Shown piece after piece: positions 18,833 through 28,390 of a stretch of DNA of 64,000 nucleotides (position 1 is its first letter; each line of letters begins with the position of its first letter). The DNA is from an uncultured Marinoscillum sp. (GTDB lineage: Bacteria; Bacteroidota; Bacteroidia; Cytophagales; MED-G16): NCBI GenBank assembly GCA_964467915.1, contig CAYXSW010000006.1, positions 3,915-67,914 of the forward strand. Direction: 5' to 3'. Under the pieces are notes generated by a model, which was not told the DNA's origin, searched no databases, and saw only the letters and a list, made by a program, of their open reading frames with translations. The translations under genes and the position numbers were made by a program.

Positions 18833-19423
18833 TTAAATTTTAATTACCTCTGTTATTTTATCAATTATATCTTCACTATCATTTGAAGCAATTACTATTC
18901 CTTTCTTTTTATAATTTTTTTTAATAAGACTCTTATATATTTTTTTACCATCAGAGTCTAGATTTGTTGTCGGTTCATCTAGTAATATAAACTTAGAATC
19001 TATACTAAATGCAAGTAATAATTTAAGTTTTTGGAGTGATCCAGATGATAAGTTTCTAATCTTTGTGTTTTCATAATCTCTGAGGTTAAATGAATTTAAC
19101 ATATCAATGTAATTATTATTTGATTTTCTGAATGAATTATGAAATCTTAAAAAATTCTTAACAGAAAGTTCTGATATTAGTTCCTGGTAAGGTGCTGTAA
19201 AAAATAAACTTTTAGTAACATCTTTATTTTCGTTATCAAGAATATATTTAATCGATCCAGATGAAGGAGTAATTAGATTACCAATTATTTTTAATAGAGT
19301 AGACTTTCCAGCTCCATTTTTGCCAATTATAGCATAAGATTTGTTTTTGAATGTGTAACTGAAATTTTCAATAACTTTATTTGTCCCAAATCTTTTAGAT
19401 ATCTTGTTTAAAATTATTTCCAT
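18833..19423 (-). CDS. ABC transporter ATP-binding protein (short, no adjacent permease)
   Basis: 196 aa. Walker A GKNGAGKST, signature LSSGSLQKL, Walker B ILLDEPTTNLD. The H-loop position reads IASNDSE (Asn instead of His). Confidence 0.8.
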   Translation of the reverse strand: MEIILNKISKRFGTNKVIENFSYTFKNKSYAIIGKNGAGKSTLLKIIGNLITPSSGSIKYILDNENKDVTKSLFFTAPYQELISELSVKNFLRFHNSFRKSNNNYIDMLNSFNLRDYENTKIRNLSSGSLQKLKLLLAFSIDSKFILLDEPTTNLDSDGKKIYKSLIKKNYKKKGIVIASNDSEDIIDKITEVIKI

Positions 19424-19430
19424 AAATAGT

Positions 19431-20210
19431 TTAATCGAATAAACCTTTTATAATTCCCCTTTCACTATTTTTAATAAAATTCAGAACAATTTTTTTCTCT
19501 TTTGAATCACTTATTTCATTATTTATTTTATCAATAGCTTGAGATGTGTTCCTTCCCTCTAAGTAGACAATTCTATAAATATTTTGAATTTGATTAATAT
19601 CTTCATTGCTAAAATTTCTTCTCTTTAAACCTGTAGAGTTAATTCCTCTAAAGCTTAATGGCTCTTTACCAGCCTTACAATAAGGAGGTACGTCTTTTCT
19701 TACTAAAGATCCACCTGCTATCATGGCGTGATCTCCAATTTTTGAAAATTGGTGAATTAATGTTCCGCCTCCTACAATAGCATAATTTTTAATAATTACA
19801 TGGCCTCCAATTTGAACATTATTTACAATTACACAATTGTCATGAATTTCACAGTCATGAGCAATATGTGTGTATGCCATAATTAAACAGTTTTTACCAA
19901 TTGATGTTTTAAGTTTATCATTTGTCCCTCTACTTATTGTAACAAATTCCCTAATTGTTGTATTGTCATCAATTTCTACTGTAGTTTTTTCTCCATTAAA
20001 TTTTAGATCCTGTGGTATTGAAGAAATTACAGCGCCAGGAAAAATTTTAACATTATCTCCTATTCTTGTTCCTTGGTATAACGTAACATTGTTACCAATC
20101 CAACAATTTTCTCCTACCTTGACATCTTCACTTATGTAACTGAAAGGATCTATTTTAGTGTTTTTTCCAATTATGGAATCTTTATGAACAAATGTGTTAT
20201 TTTTAATCAT
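19431..20210 (-). CDS. lpxA: acyl-ACP--UDP-N-acetylglucosamine O-acyltransferase
   Basis: 259 aa. Hexapeptide repeats throughout and a C-terminal helical domain (NFIKNSERGIIK). Confidence 0.9.
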   Translation of the reverse strand: MIKNNTFVHKDSIIGKNTKIDPFSYISEDVKVGENCWIGNNVTLYQGTRIGDNVKIFPGAVISSIPQDLKFNGEKTTVEIDDNTTIREFVTISRGTNDKLKTSIGKNCLIMAYTHIAHDCEIHDNCVIVNNVQIGGHVIIKNYAIVGGGTLIHQFSKIGDHAMIAGGSLVRKDVPPYCKAGKEPLSFRGINSTGLKRRNFSNEDINQIQNIYRIVYLEGRNTSQAIDKINNEISDSKEKKIVLNFIKNSERGIIKGLFD

Positions 20211-21594
20211 ATAATTTTTGTAAAGTTGCAGTCATATTTCCCTCTCCAACTAAGTTATTACCAACAAATGCTTCTGCTTTCATTTTTGCAATTCCTCTTT
20301 TTATAGGTGAATCAAATTTGCATCTCAATATAAGGGTATCGCCAGGTTTAACCATCTTCCTAAATCTAAAATTTTCTATCCCAGCAAGATATGGTATAAA
20401 TTTATCAGGTTCATTAATAGAATTCATGACAAGAATTCCCCCAACTTGTGCTAATGCTTCAATCTGTAATACACCTGGCATTATTGGATTACCTGGAAAA
20501 TGACCATTGAAATAAGGTTCATTTACTGTTATGTTTTTAATTCCTATTACTTCAGAATCATCTAAGTAAGTTATTTTATCTACAAATAAGAAAGGATATC
20601 TATGCTTTAAATTTTTTTTTATCTCATTTATATCATAAACAGGTTCTTGTTTTGGGTCATATTTTGGAGCATTTATATTTTTTTTAGTTATAAATTTCTT
20701 GAGCATTTTTGCAAATTCTATATTGGATTTGTGTCCAGGTCTTGCAGCTATTATATGTCCTTTTATGGGTCGACCAACTAGTGCTAAATCACCAATAATA
20801 TCTAATAATTTATGTCTTGCTGGTTCATTATTATATCTTAAATTAACATTATTTAAAATTCCTTGTTTATCAACCCTAACTTTTTTTTTGCCAAGCAATG
20901 TAGAAATTTCATCGAGTTTTTTATTATCTACAACTTTATCAACTATCACTATTGCGTTGTTAAGGTCACCACCTTTAATGAGATTTTTATTAAATAATTC
21001 TTCAATTTCGTGTAGAAAGCAAAAAGTTCTAGCGTTTGAGATTTCTTTTTTAAAACTTGATATTTTATTAAGTGTATAATGTTGACTTCCCAAGACTTTA
21101 CTATTATAATCAACCATAGATGTTATTCTGTAATCATTATGAGGTAAAGCCGATATTTCAACATTATTCTTTTTATCTAAAAAAGTTAATTTTTCAGGTA
21201 TTTCAATATATTTTCTTGCGGCATCCTGAGGTTTATATCCACATTTTTCTAAACAATTAATGAATTCTTTAGAGCTACCATCTAGAATAGGTATTTCTTC
21301 ACCATCAATTTGTATTAAAATATTATCAATTTCTAAACCAACTATAGCTGCTAGTAGATGCTCAACTGTTGAAATTTTAGCATCATTTTGTGATAATGTA
21401 GTACCTCTTTCAACAGCAACGACATTATCAACATCAGCATTTATTAAGGGTTTATTATCTAAGTCAGTCCTTTGAAATTTAATTCCATGGTTAATAAGAG
21501 CTGGTATAAATTTCAGATTTGCTTTTTTACCAGTATGGAGTCCTAGCCCTGAAAGCTTCCCCTCATTTTCTATAGTTCTTTGAAAACTTCTCAT
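20203..21594 (-). CDS. lpxC/fabZ: bifunctional UDP-3-O-acyl-GlcNAc deacetylase / 3-hydroxyacyl-ACP dehydratase (LpxC-FabZ fusion)
   Basis: 463 aa. The LpxC N-half has [17 protein letters not shown] and HKSN. The FabZ C-half has [24 protein letters not shown]. Confidence 0.92.
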   Translation of the reverse strand: MRSFQRTIENEGKLSGLGLHTGKKANLKFIPALINHGIKFQRTDLDNKPLINADVDNVVAVERGTTLSQNDAKISTVEHLLAAIVGLEIDNILIQIDGEEIPILDGSSKEFINCLEKCGYKPQDAARKYIEIPEKLTFLDKKNNVEISALPHNDYRITSMVDYNSKVLGSQHYTLNKISSFKKEISNARTFCFLHEIEELFNKNLIKGGDLNNAIVIVDKVVDNKKLDEISTLLGKKKVRVDKQGILNNVNLRYNNEPARHKLLDIIGDLALVGRPIKGHIIAARPGHKSNIEFAKMLKKFITKKNINAPKYDPKQEPVYDINEIKKNLKHRYPFLFVDKITYLDDSEVIGIKNITVNEPYFNGHFPGNPIMPGVLQIEALAQVGGILVMNSINEPDKFIPYLAGIENFRFRKMVKPGDTLILRCKFDSPIKRGIAKMKAEAFVGNNLVGEGNMTATLQKLYD

Positions 21595-22637
21595 TTCGAT
21601 TGCAAATTATATAATTTTTCTTCTATTTCTTTAATTTTTTCTTCTATTGAAGGTAATTTTTTAAATATTATATATGACTTAATATATTTTTCTTTTTCCA
21701 TGGCAGGATATCCTATAAGAGTTTGGTTGCCTTTCATATTTTTAGTAACGCCTGTTTGAGCAGCATATTTGATATTATCACCCAATTTGAGGTGGCCTAC
21801 TATACCTACTTGACCACCTAACATATTATTCTTACCAATAATACTAGACCCAGCTACTCCTGATTGTGCTGCTATTATAGTGTTTTCTCCAACAATTACA
21901 TTGTGAGCAATTTGAATTAGATTATCCATTTTAACTCCTTTTTCAATTATTGTAGATTTCAAGGTAGCTCTATCAATTACAGTATTGGACCCAATACTAA
22001 CATTATCTTTAATGATTACATTTCCAACTTGAGGAATATTTAAATATTCTCCCTTCTGATTAGGTGCAAAACCAAATCCATCACTTCCTATCACAGAGTT
22101 TGCGTGAATAATACATTTATTTCCAATTTTAGAAGAATCGTAAATTTTTACACCAGGGTATATTATAGTATTTTCACCAATTTCAGTATTTTCACCTAAA
22201 TAAGAATATGGGAAAATTTTAGTCCCTTTTCCAATTTTTACATTTTTTCCTATATAGCTAAATGCTCCAATGTAAACTTCTTTATTAATATTCGATGAGC
22301 TATCAATAAAAGATGGTTTTTCAATACCTTCTTTTTTAGATATATTTTGTTTTTGAATTTCTGATAATAGTAGGCCAAAAGTAAAGTAAGAGTCTTTTAC
22401 TTTTAAAAATGTTAGATTAGTTTTTAATGGTAGTTCAATACTATCATCAACAATGATAGCTGAGGCCTTAGTGCTACTTAGAAACTTTTTATATTTCAAA
22501 TTACTTAAAAAGGTTAAATCACCTTTTTTTGCAGTTTCAATATCACTTAATCCATTTATTATTAAATTTTTATCTCCAATAATTATTGCATCAATAATTT
22601 TTGATAAATTTTTGATTTTAAAATGAATATTATTCAT
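21591..22637 (-). CDS. lpxD: UDP-3-O-(3-hydroxyacyl)glucosamine N-acyltransferase
   Basis: 348 aa. N-terminal LpxD domain followed by a long hexapeptide-repeat region (GSDGFGFAP motif). Confidence 0.9.
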   Translation of the reverse strand: MNNIHFKIKNLSKIIDAIIIGDKNLIINGLSDIETAKKGDLTFLSNLKYKKFLSSTKASAIIVDDSIELPLKTNLTFLKVKDSYFTFGLLLSEIQKQNISKKEGIEKPSFIDSSSNINKEVYIGAFSYIGKNVKIGKGTKIFPYSYLGENTEIGENTIIYPGVKIYDSSKIGNKCIIHANSVIGSDGFGFAPNQKGEYLNIPQVGNVIIKDNVSIGSNTVIDRATLKSTIIEKGVKMDNLIQIAHNVIVGENTIIAAQSGVAGSSIIGKNNMLGGQVGIVGHLKLGDNIKYAAQTGVTKNMKGNQTLIGYPAMEKEKYIKSYIIFKKLPSIEEKIKEIEEKLYNLQSK

Positions 22638-22649
22638 TATAAACTAATT

Positions 22650-22657
22650 TATATTTG
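22650..22657 (+). promoter_or_regulatory. putative -7 promoter box TATATTTG, 14 nt upstream of ATG 22672
   Basis: Perfect TAnnTTTG in the 34-bp lpxD/porX divergent spacer. Confidence 0.4.
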
Positions 22658-22671
22658 ATATAAATATTGAT

Positions 22672-24225
22672 ATGCAAATATATAAGATTTTATGGGTTGA
22701 TGACGAAATTGAGTTATTAAAGCCTTATGTTCTATATTTAGAAGAAAAGAAATATATAGTAAAAACATTTAACAATCCTTTTTCTTTACTAGACTATATG
22801 TCAGAAGATAATAGCTTTGATTTAATTCTTATTGATGAGAATATGCCTGGCAAGACTGGACTAAACCTTATTTCAGATATAAAAAAAATATCAAATACTG
22901 TTCCTATAATAATGATTACAAAGAATGAAGAAGAAGATATTATGAATGAAGCTATCGGATCAGAGATAAGTGATTATTTAATTAAGCCACTAAATCCTAA
23001 CCAGTTATTAATATCCGTAAAAAAAGTTTTAGAGAATTCTTCTATAATTAAAGATAAATTAAAATCAGATTATATTCCTTTCTTCACAGAGTTATCAGAT
23101 AAAATTAATTCTAATAATTGTAATAAAGAATGGATAGATACTTATAAAAAGATTGTAGACTGGGAGATTAGTTTTGATAGAAATTCTGAAGATCAGTACA
23201 ATGAAATGCTAATTGCTCAAAAAAAAGAAGCAAATAAAAAATTTTCAAGTTTTATAATTGAAAATTATCCAAAGTGGTCACAAAATAATTTTGAAAATAT
23301 ATTGATGACAAATAATCTTTTGAAGAAGAAGATTCTCCCAAAAATAGAGAGCAATAAAATATGTTTAATTGTCATAGATAATTTCAGATATGATCAGTGG
23401 AAAATACTTGAGGATTATGTGTCTAAATATTTTTTTATAGAAAGTGATGATCCTTATTATTCTATTATTCCAACAACTACTGAGTATTCAAGAAATTCAA
23501 TTTTTTCAGGTTTAACACCACTCCAAATGTCTAATGAGGAAAGTGACTTGTGGTCTGATAAATCTGATGGATTTAATAAAAATGAATATGATTTTCTGGA
23601 CAGAAACTTTAAAAGAAATAATATTAATATTAGACATTCATATGATAAGATCATATCATATGAAGATGGTGTTAAATTTATTAAACGATTTTCTGATTTA
23701 GATAATTATGAATTTAACTCAGTTGTTTTCAATTTTATTGATATGTTATCACATTCAAAAACAGAAAATAAACTTTTTAAAAATCTTGCCTATGATGAAA
23801 AGTCATTCAGATCATTTACAGTATCTTGGTTTAAGAATTCTTCTCTTAATGAATTATTAAAATATCTTTCTGTTAAAAAAATAAAAGTTTTCCTCACAAC
23901 GGATCACGGGACTATAAAAGTTGATAAACCTGTAATGGTAAAGGCAAATAAAGAAACAAATAATAATATAAGATTTAAGGTAGGAAAAAATATTAATTCT
24001 GATGATCATAAGGTTTATTTTTGTGATAATGGAGAAAAAATTAATCTACCAAGGCAAAATATTTTTACTAAATATTTGTTTGCAACAGATAACAAATATT
24101 TATTATATCCAAAAAACTATAATTTTCATTCAAAAAACTTTAAAGATACTTTTCAACATGGTGGAATTTCAATGGAAGAAATGATTATTCCATTTATAGA
24201 GTTAACACCTAGAAATCCACAATGA
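22672..24225 (+). CDS. porX: PorX-like response regulator (REC domain + PglZ/alkaline-phosphatase-superfamily domain)
   Basis: 517 aa. Receiver domain ILWVDDEIELL...DLILIDENMPGKTG...ITK. The C-terminal approx 350 aa have a PglZ-like layout (FIDMLSHS, TTDHGT). Size and architecture match PorX of type IX secretion regulation. Confidence 0.78.
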   Translation: MQIYKILWVDDEIELLKPYVLYLEEKKYIVKTFNNPFSLLDYMSEDNSFDLILIDENMPGKTGLNLISDIKKISNTVPIIMITKNEEEDIMNEAIGSEISDYLIKPLNPNQLLISVKKVLENSSIIKDKLKSDYIPFFTELSDKINSNNCNKEWIDTYKKIVDWEISFDRNSEDQYNEMLIAQKKEANKKFSSFIIENYPKWSQNNFENILMTNNLLKKKILPKIESNKICLIVIDNFRYDQWKILEDYVSKYFFIESDDPYYSIIPTTTEYSRNSIFSGLTPLQMSNEESDLWSDKSDGFNKNEYDFLDRNFKRNNINIRHSYDKIISYEDGVKFIKRFSDLDNYEFNSVVFNFIDMLSHSKTENKLFKNLAYDEKSFRSFTVSWFKNSSLNELLKYLSVKKIKVFLTTDHGTIKVDKPVMVKANKETNNNIRFKVGKNINSDDHKVYFCDNGEKINLPRQNIFTKYLFATDNKYLLYPKNYNFHSKNFKDTFQHGGISMEEMIIPFIELTPRNPQ

Positions 24226-24632
24226 AAATTTTTAAAAAAAAATCAATATCTGATTATGGGGAGATTATAGAATACATCTTATCTAAACATGTTAAAATTA
24301 TCTTATTAGAAGGTGAGTTAGGTTCAGGTAAAACAACATTTGTGAAATCTTTTTGTAATTATTTAGATGTAAAAGATAAAGTATTAAGTCCTACATTTAA
24401 TATTATTAATGAATATAGTATTAACAAAAATAAAAATGTTTATCACTTTGATTTGTACAGATTGAAATCAAAACAAGACTTGGCTGAAATAGATTTTTTA
24501 GATTATATAAATTCAGATAATTTTTGTTTTATAGAGTGGCCTGAACTTTGTAGGGATTTTATAAATTCTGATTTTCTTAATCTGAAGATAGATACTTTTG
24601 ATAAGTCCAATAGAGATATAACTATTTATTAA
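24222..24632 (+). CDS. tsaE: tRNA t6A biosynthesis ATPase TsaE (YjeE)
   Basis: 136 aa. P-loop LEGELGSGKTTFVK and motif SPTFNIINEY. Overlaps the porX-like gene by 4 nt. Confidence 0.85.
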   Translation: MKIFKKKSISDYGEIIEYILSKHVKIILLEGELGSGKTTFVKSFCNYLDVKDKVLSPTFNIINEYSINKNKNVYHFDLYRLKSKQDLAEIDFLDYINSDNFCFIEWPELCRDFINSDFLNLKIDTFDKSNRDITIY

Positions 24633-25419
24633 TTTTTTTTAATTTAATCTCAGTAAATTTCTTTTTTGTATGAATTGGAAAATTACTTTTCATTATCCAA
24701 TGGTAATATTCTGGATTTGATTTAAATACTTTAGAAACGGATTGGTTTTTATATTTGCCAAAATTAAAAATTTCAATATTTTCAGAATTTCGAATTATTC
24801 TACCAGAAAGGTCTACTATATTATTTTTTATAATTGAGCCTATAGATTCAACATTCTTAGAAATTTTACCCAGGGTATTTCCTTTATTATCAACTACTTC
24901 CATATTCTCATATAATTCAACTTGTTTTTTAATAATCTCGAGTGTTGCAATTGTGTCTGCATAAGAATTATGAGCATCCTCTAAGCTTTTATTGCAATAA
25001 TGTTTGTATGCAGCACTTAAATTTCGTTTCTCCATAAGGTGGTATATTCTTAATGCGTCAATAATTTTAACATTTTTAAGAGATAGTTCAATGTCACATC
25101 TTAAAAATTCTTCAATTAATATTGGCAAGTCAAATTTTAAAATATTAAAACCAGCTAAATCACAACCTTTGATGAAATTATAAATCTCTTTTGCGTAGTT
25201 TTTAAAGGTCTTACAACTTAAAATATCATCTTTATATATACCATGAATTTTACTGCTTTCATCAGAGATTTTAATTGTTGGGTTGACCCTAAAATTTTTT
25301 TCAATTTGAGAGTTATCAGTATTTATTTTTATTAATGTGATATCTATAATTCTATCTTGAATTATATCTAATCCAGTGGTTTCAATATCAAAAACAACTA
25401 GCGGTTTATTTACTATCAT
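24622..25419 (-). CDS. DEDDh 3'-5' exonuclease with ExoX-like C-terminal domain
   Basis: 265 aa. Motifs VVFDIETTGL (Exo I), LAGFNILKFDLPIL (Exo II) and HNSYADTIAT (Exo III). C-terminus is FGKYKNQSVSKVFKSNPEYYHWIMKS. Confidence 0.8.
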   Translation of the reverse strand: MIVNKPLVVFDIETTGLDIIQDRIIDITLIKINTDNSQIEKNFRVNPTIKISDESSKIHGIYKDDILSCKTFKNYAKEIYNFIKGCDLAGFNILKFDLPILIEEFLRCDIELSLKNVKIIDALRIYHLMEKRNLSAAYKHYCNKSLEDAHNSYADTIATLEIIKKQVELYENMEVVDNKGNTLGKISKNVESIGSIIKNNIVDLSGRIIRNSENIEIFNFGKYKNQSVSKVFKSNPEYYHWIMKSNFPIHTKKKFTEIKLKKINK

Positions 25420-26765
25420 TTTATTAAAATATTAAAGTCTAAATTATCAAAATTTCCAGATGACATTAGTAACTTATTATAGTTCTTGAATTTTGAAGTT
25501 TTAATGATATCTATTAGTTGGGATTTGCTTTCTATAAGAACTAATTTTTTTTCATTAAAACACTCCATAATAATCTTTTCAGATAGATGATTATTTTTTT
25601 TATTTTCTGATATATATATAATTGAAAATGTAGATTTTAATAAAGTATCCTTATAGTTTTTTAAAAAATTAATATCAAAACTGCTAGAACTATGTAGCTC
25701 ATATATTACTAATAAATTATTATTATATTGGTTTTGTACTGCATTTATAGTTGCATTTAATTTAGAAGGTGAATGAGCAAAATCTTTAAAAATTTTAAAT
25801 TCACCATCATGTAATTTTTCTAGCCTTTTATCTGGTAATTTGTATGACTTTATTGCTTTATAAAAATGTTTGTTTTTTATTCCTAATTGTTCACAAATAA
25901 TTTTGGCACCTGCTAAATTTTGCATATTGTGTTTACCAAAAATATTTAGCTTTATTGGTTTATTTTCATTGTCAAAAATTACTGTTTCATTTTTATTTAC
26001 TTTAAAATTTTCAAAGCTATATGGTTTGGTACTTGTATTTTCATTTTTATAATTTTCAATAATTCTTTTTACCTCATTATCTTCATCGAAATATATTATT
26101 TCTCCACCCTTTGGTGTCATCTCTACAAGAAATTTAAATTGTCTTATGTATTTTTTATAACTTTTGTATACGTTATAATGATCCCATTCTATTCCATTTA
26201 ATAATAATAGATGATGTTCATATTTTAGAAACTTAGGTACTTGATCAATTGGACTTGTTAAATATTCGTCTCCTTCTATAATTATTAATGGCGAATCAGA
26301 AATCTTAATATTGTTATTAAAACCTTGAACTTTTGCGCCAATTAAAAAATCGAATTGAACATTATTGTACTTTAGAACATGCATTATCATTGAAGTAACA
26401 GTTGTTTTGCCATGACTGCCTGCAATTACAACTCTATGTTTATTCTCGGAAAGAGATCTAACATATTCTGGATATGATTGTATAGGAATTCCTTTTTTTT
26501 TTGCTTCTTTAAGTTCTATATTATTTTTCTTGGTATGCATCCCAGTAATAACCAAATCAATGTGTTCATTTATATTTTTTTTATAATAACCAAGTTCTTT
26601 AGGGAGAATACCATTTTTTTCAAGTTTAGATTTAGATGGATCATAAATGACATCATCACTTCCAGAAATATTGTTGCCATTTTTTTTTAGATTAATGGCA
26701 AGATCATGCATGATACTCCCGCCAATAGAAATGATATGAATATTTTTCTTTTTTCGTTCTTGCAT
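25416..26765 (-). CDS. mpl: UDP-N-acetylmuramate:L-Ala-gamma-D-Glu-meso-DAP ligase (Mpl, murein peptide recycling)
   Basis: Motifs IHIISIGGSIMHDLAINLKKNGNNISGSDD and AGSHGKTTVTSM. The track start 26774 is TTG and lies inside the -7 box, so ATG 26765 (MQERKKKNIH) is preferred. Confidence 0.85.
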   Translation of the reverse strand: MQERKKKNIHIISIGGSIMHDLAINLKKNGNNISGSDDVIYDPSKSKLEKNGILPKELGYYKKNINEHIDLVITGMHTKKNNIELKEAKKKGIPIQSYPEYVRSLSENKHRVVIAGSHGKTTVTSMIMHVLKYNNVQFDFLIGAKVQGFNNNIKISDSPLIIIEGDEYLTSPIDQVPKFLKYEHHLLLLNGIEWDHYNVYKSYKKYIRQFKFLVEMTPKGGEIIYFDEDNEVKRIIENYKNENTSTKPYSFENFKVNKNETVIFDNENKPIKLNIFGKHNMQNLAGAKIICEQLGIKNKHFYKAIKSYKLPDKRLEKLHDGEFKIFKDFAHSPSKLNATINAVQNQYNNNLLVIYELHSSSSFDINFLKNYKDTLLKSTFSIIYISENKKNNHLSEKIIMECFNEKKLVLIESKSQLIDIIKTSKFKNYNKLLMSSGNFDNLDFNILIK

Positions 26766-26771
26766 ACTTGC

Positions 26772-26779
26772 CAAAAATA
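26772..26779 (-). promoter_or_regulatory. putative -7 promoter box TATTTTTG, 6 nt upstream of ATG 26765
   Basis: Plus strand caaaaata is TATTTTTG on the minus strand, followed by gcaagt and then ATG. Confidence 0.45.
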
Positions 26780-26883
26780 TAAATATTTACAGCCTAGAAC
26801 AATTTAATTTGAATAACTTTATTTTGTTGATAACATATGGAAAAGTAAAGGATTATTTATCTAGTGAACATTCAAATTTTTTA

Positions 26884-26891
26884 TAGGTTTG
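26884..26891 (+). promoter_or_regulatory. putative -7 promoter box TAGGTTTG, 14 nt upstream of GTG 26906
   Basis: Perfect TAnnTTTG. It has the same 14-nt spacing as the boxes before 22672 and 49597. Confidence 0.4.
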
Positions 26892-26905
26892 TCAAAATAT
26901 TTTAA

Positions 26906-28387
26906 GTGAAAGAAAATAAAAGTTTTTTATCAAAAAGTCCTCGAAGAGGTCTAGTTCTTGGGAAAGAACTGGATCTTGGAAAATTGCCCCCCCAAGCTTT
27001 AGATTTAGAAGAATCTGTACTTGGAGCCTTAATGCTAGAGAAAGATGCTTTAACTGACGTTATAGACATTCTAAAACCTGATAACTTTTATAAAGATGCT
27101 AACAAAGAAATTTATCAATCAATAATTGATTTATTTAATAATTCTGAACCTATTGATCTTCTCACTGTAACAACACAACTTAAGAAAAACGGAAAATTGG
27201 ATTTTGTTGGAGGTGCTTATTATGTTACACAATTAACGACAAGAGTTAATTCAGCTTCCAATATAGAATATCATTCTAGGATTATATTAGAGCAGTCAAT
27301 AAAAAGACAATTGATTGAAGTCTCTGGGGAAATTCAGAAGGAGGCATATGAGGACACAACAGATGTCTTTGATCTCTTAGATCACACTGAACAATCTCTT
27401 TTTGATATATCTGAGTCACATATTAGAAAAAATTATTCTCAAGTTAAAGGTATTATGAAAGAGGCCATCGATGAATTAGAGTCTAAAAAATCAAGGAAAG
27501 ATGGTATAACTGGTGTCCCATCCGGATTTATTGATTTAGATAATATTACTTCTGGTTGGCAACCTTCTGACTTAATTATAATTGCGGGAAGACCATCAAT
27601 GGGTAAAACTGCATTTGTTTTATCTATGATGAGAAATGCCTCCATTGATCATGAAAAACCAATAGCAATTTTTTCTTTAGAAATGTCTTCTCTACAGATT
27701 GTAAATAGATTGATTTCATCTGAAGCAGAATTAGATAGTGATAAAATAAAGAAGGGAAACCTTAAGGATTACGAATGGCAACAGCTTTTGCATAAGACGG
27801 ATCAATTAAATAATGCTAAAATATTTATTGATGATACCCCTGCTCTTAGTATTCTAGAGTTAAGGGCAAAATCTAGAAGATTAAAATCGCAACATGATAT
27901 TCAGTGCATTATTGTTGATTATCTTCAACTTATGACTGGGGAATATGGCAAATCATCTGGAAATAGGGAACAAGAAATAGCATCTATATCAAGATCTTTG
28001 AAAGCAATAGCTAAAGAATTAAATGTACCAGTATTAGCTTTATCTCAGTTGAGTAGAGCGGTTGAGACTAGGGGTGGGGATAAAAGACCAGTACTTTCAG
28101 ACCTTAGAGAGTCAGGATCTATAGAACAAGATGCAGACATGGTATTATTTATTTATAGAGCAGATAGGTATGATATAACCGAAGATGAAGATGGAAATTT
28201 AACTGCAGGCGTTGCTGAAATATTATTGAGAAAAAATAGAAATGGTCCCACAGGTAAAGTTAAACTTAAGTTTATTGAAAGATTTGCAAAATTTGCTGAT
28301 ATGTCCTCATTGGATGAAAATCAAATCAATAGATTTCAAAGTAAAGCCAATAGTGGTTTTGATAAAAGTAAAAGCGATCCATTTTAA
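26906..28387 (+). CDS. dnaB: replicative DNA helicase DnaB
   Basis: 493 aa. Motifs LPPQALDLEESVLGALML, Walker A GRPSMGKTAF, IVDYLQLM and LSQLSRAVE. GTG start (a stop codon lies immediately upstream in frame). No intein. Confidence 0.95.
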   Translation: MKENKSFLSKSPRRGLVLGKELDLGKLPPQALDLEESVLGALMLEKDALTDVIDILKPDNFYKDANKEIYQSIIDLFNNSEPIDLLTVTTQLKKNGKLDFVGGAYYVTQLTTRVNSASNIEYHSRIILEQSIKRQLIEVSGEIQKEAYEDTTDVFDLLDHTEQSLFDISESHIRKNYSQVKGIMKEAIDELESKKSRKDGITGVPSGFIDLDNITSGWQPSDLIIIAGRPSMGKTAFVLSMMRNASIDHEKPIAIFSLEMSSLQIVNRLISSEAELDSDKIKKGNLKDYEWQQLLHKTDQLNNAKIFIDDTPALSILELRAKSRRLKSQHDIQCIIVDYLQLMTGEYGKSSGNREQEIASISRSLKAIAKELNVPVLALSQLSRAVETRGGDKRPVLSDLRESGSIEQDADMVLFIYRADRYDITEDEDGNLTAGVAEILLRKNRNGPTGKVKLKFIERFAKFADMSSLDENQINRFQSKANSGFDKSKSDPF

Positions 28388-28390
28388 AAT

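Noticed and set aside
20203-21594. The LpxC-FabZ fusion as a novel bifunctional enzyme
   Set aside because: This fusion is a well-known hallmark of Bacteroidota. It is useful for taxonomy but is not new.
22647-22665. An 8-bp inverted repeat, atttatat-ttg-atataaat, in the lpxD/porX spacer as an operator
   Set aside because: It overlaps and is largely composed of the putative -7 box TATATTTG. It is an A/T-only palindrome of modest length and I cannot distinguish it from background.
22672-24225. A PglZ domain, which could signal a BREX or other phage-defence system
   Set aside because: The PglZ domain is fused to an N-terminal response-regulator receiver domain, which is the PorX architecture. 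No BREX partners (PglX methyltransferase, BrxC ATPase, BrxL and so on) are nearby. The flanking genes are lpxD and tsaE.
26806-26878. A 9-bp inverted repeat, aatttgaat (26806..26814) / attcaaatt (26870..26878), in the mpl/dnaB spacer
   Set aside because: The arms are 55 nt apart and A/T-rich. This is plausible by chance, and there is no supporting structure or recurrence.
26775-26905. The spacer upstream of dnaB as a possible replication origin or DnaA-box cluster
   Set aside because: No TTATCCACA-like boxes are visible. dnaB is not normally origin-linked, and the spacer is explained by two divergent promoters.
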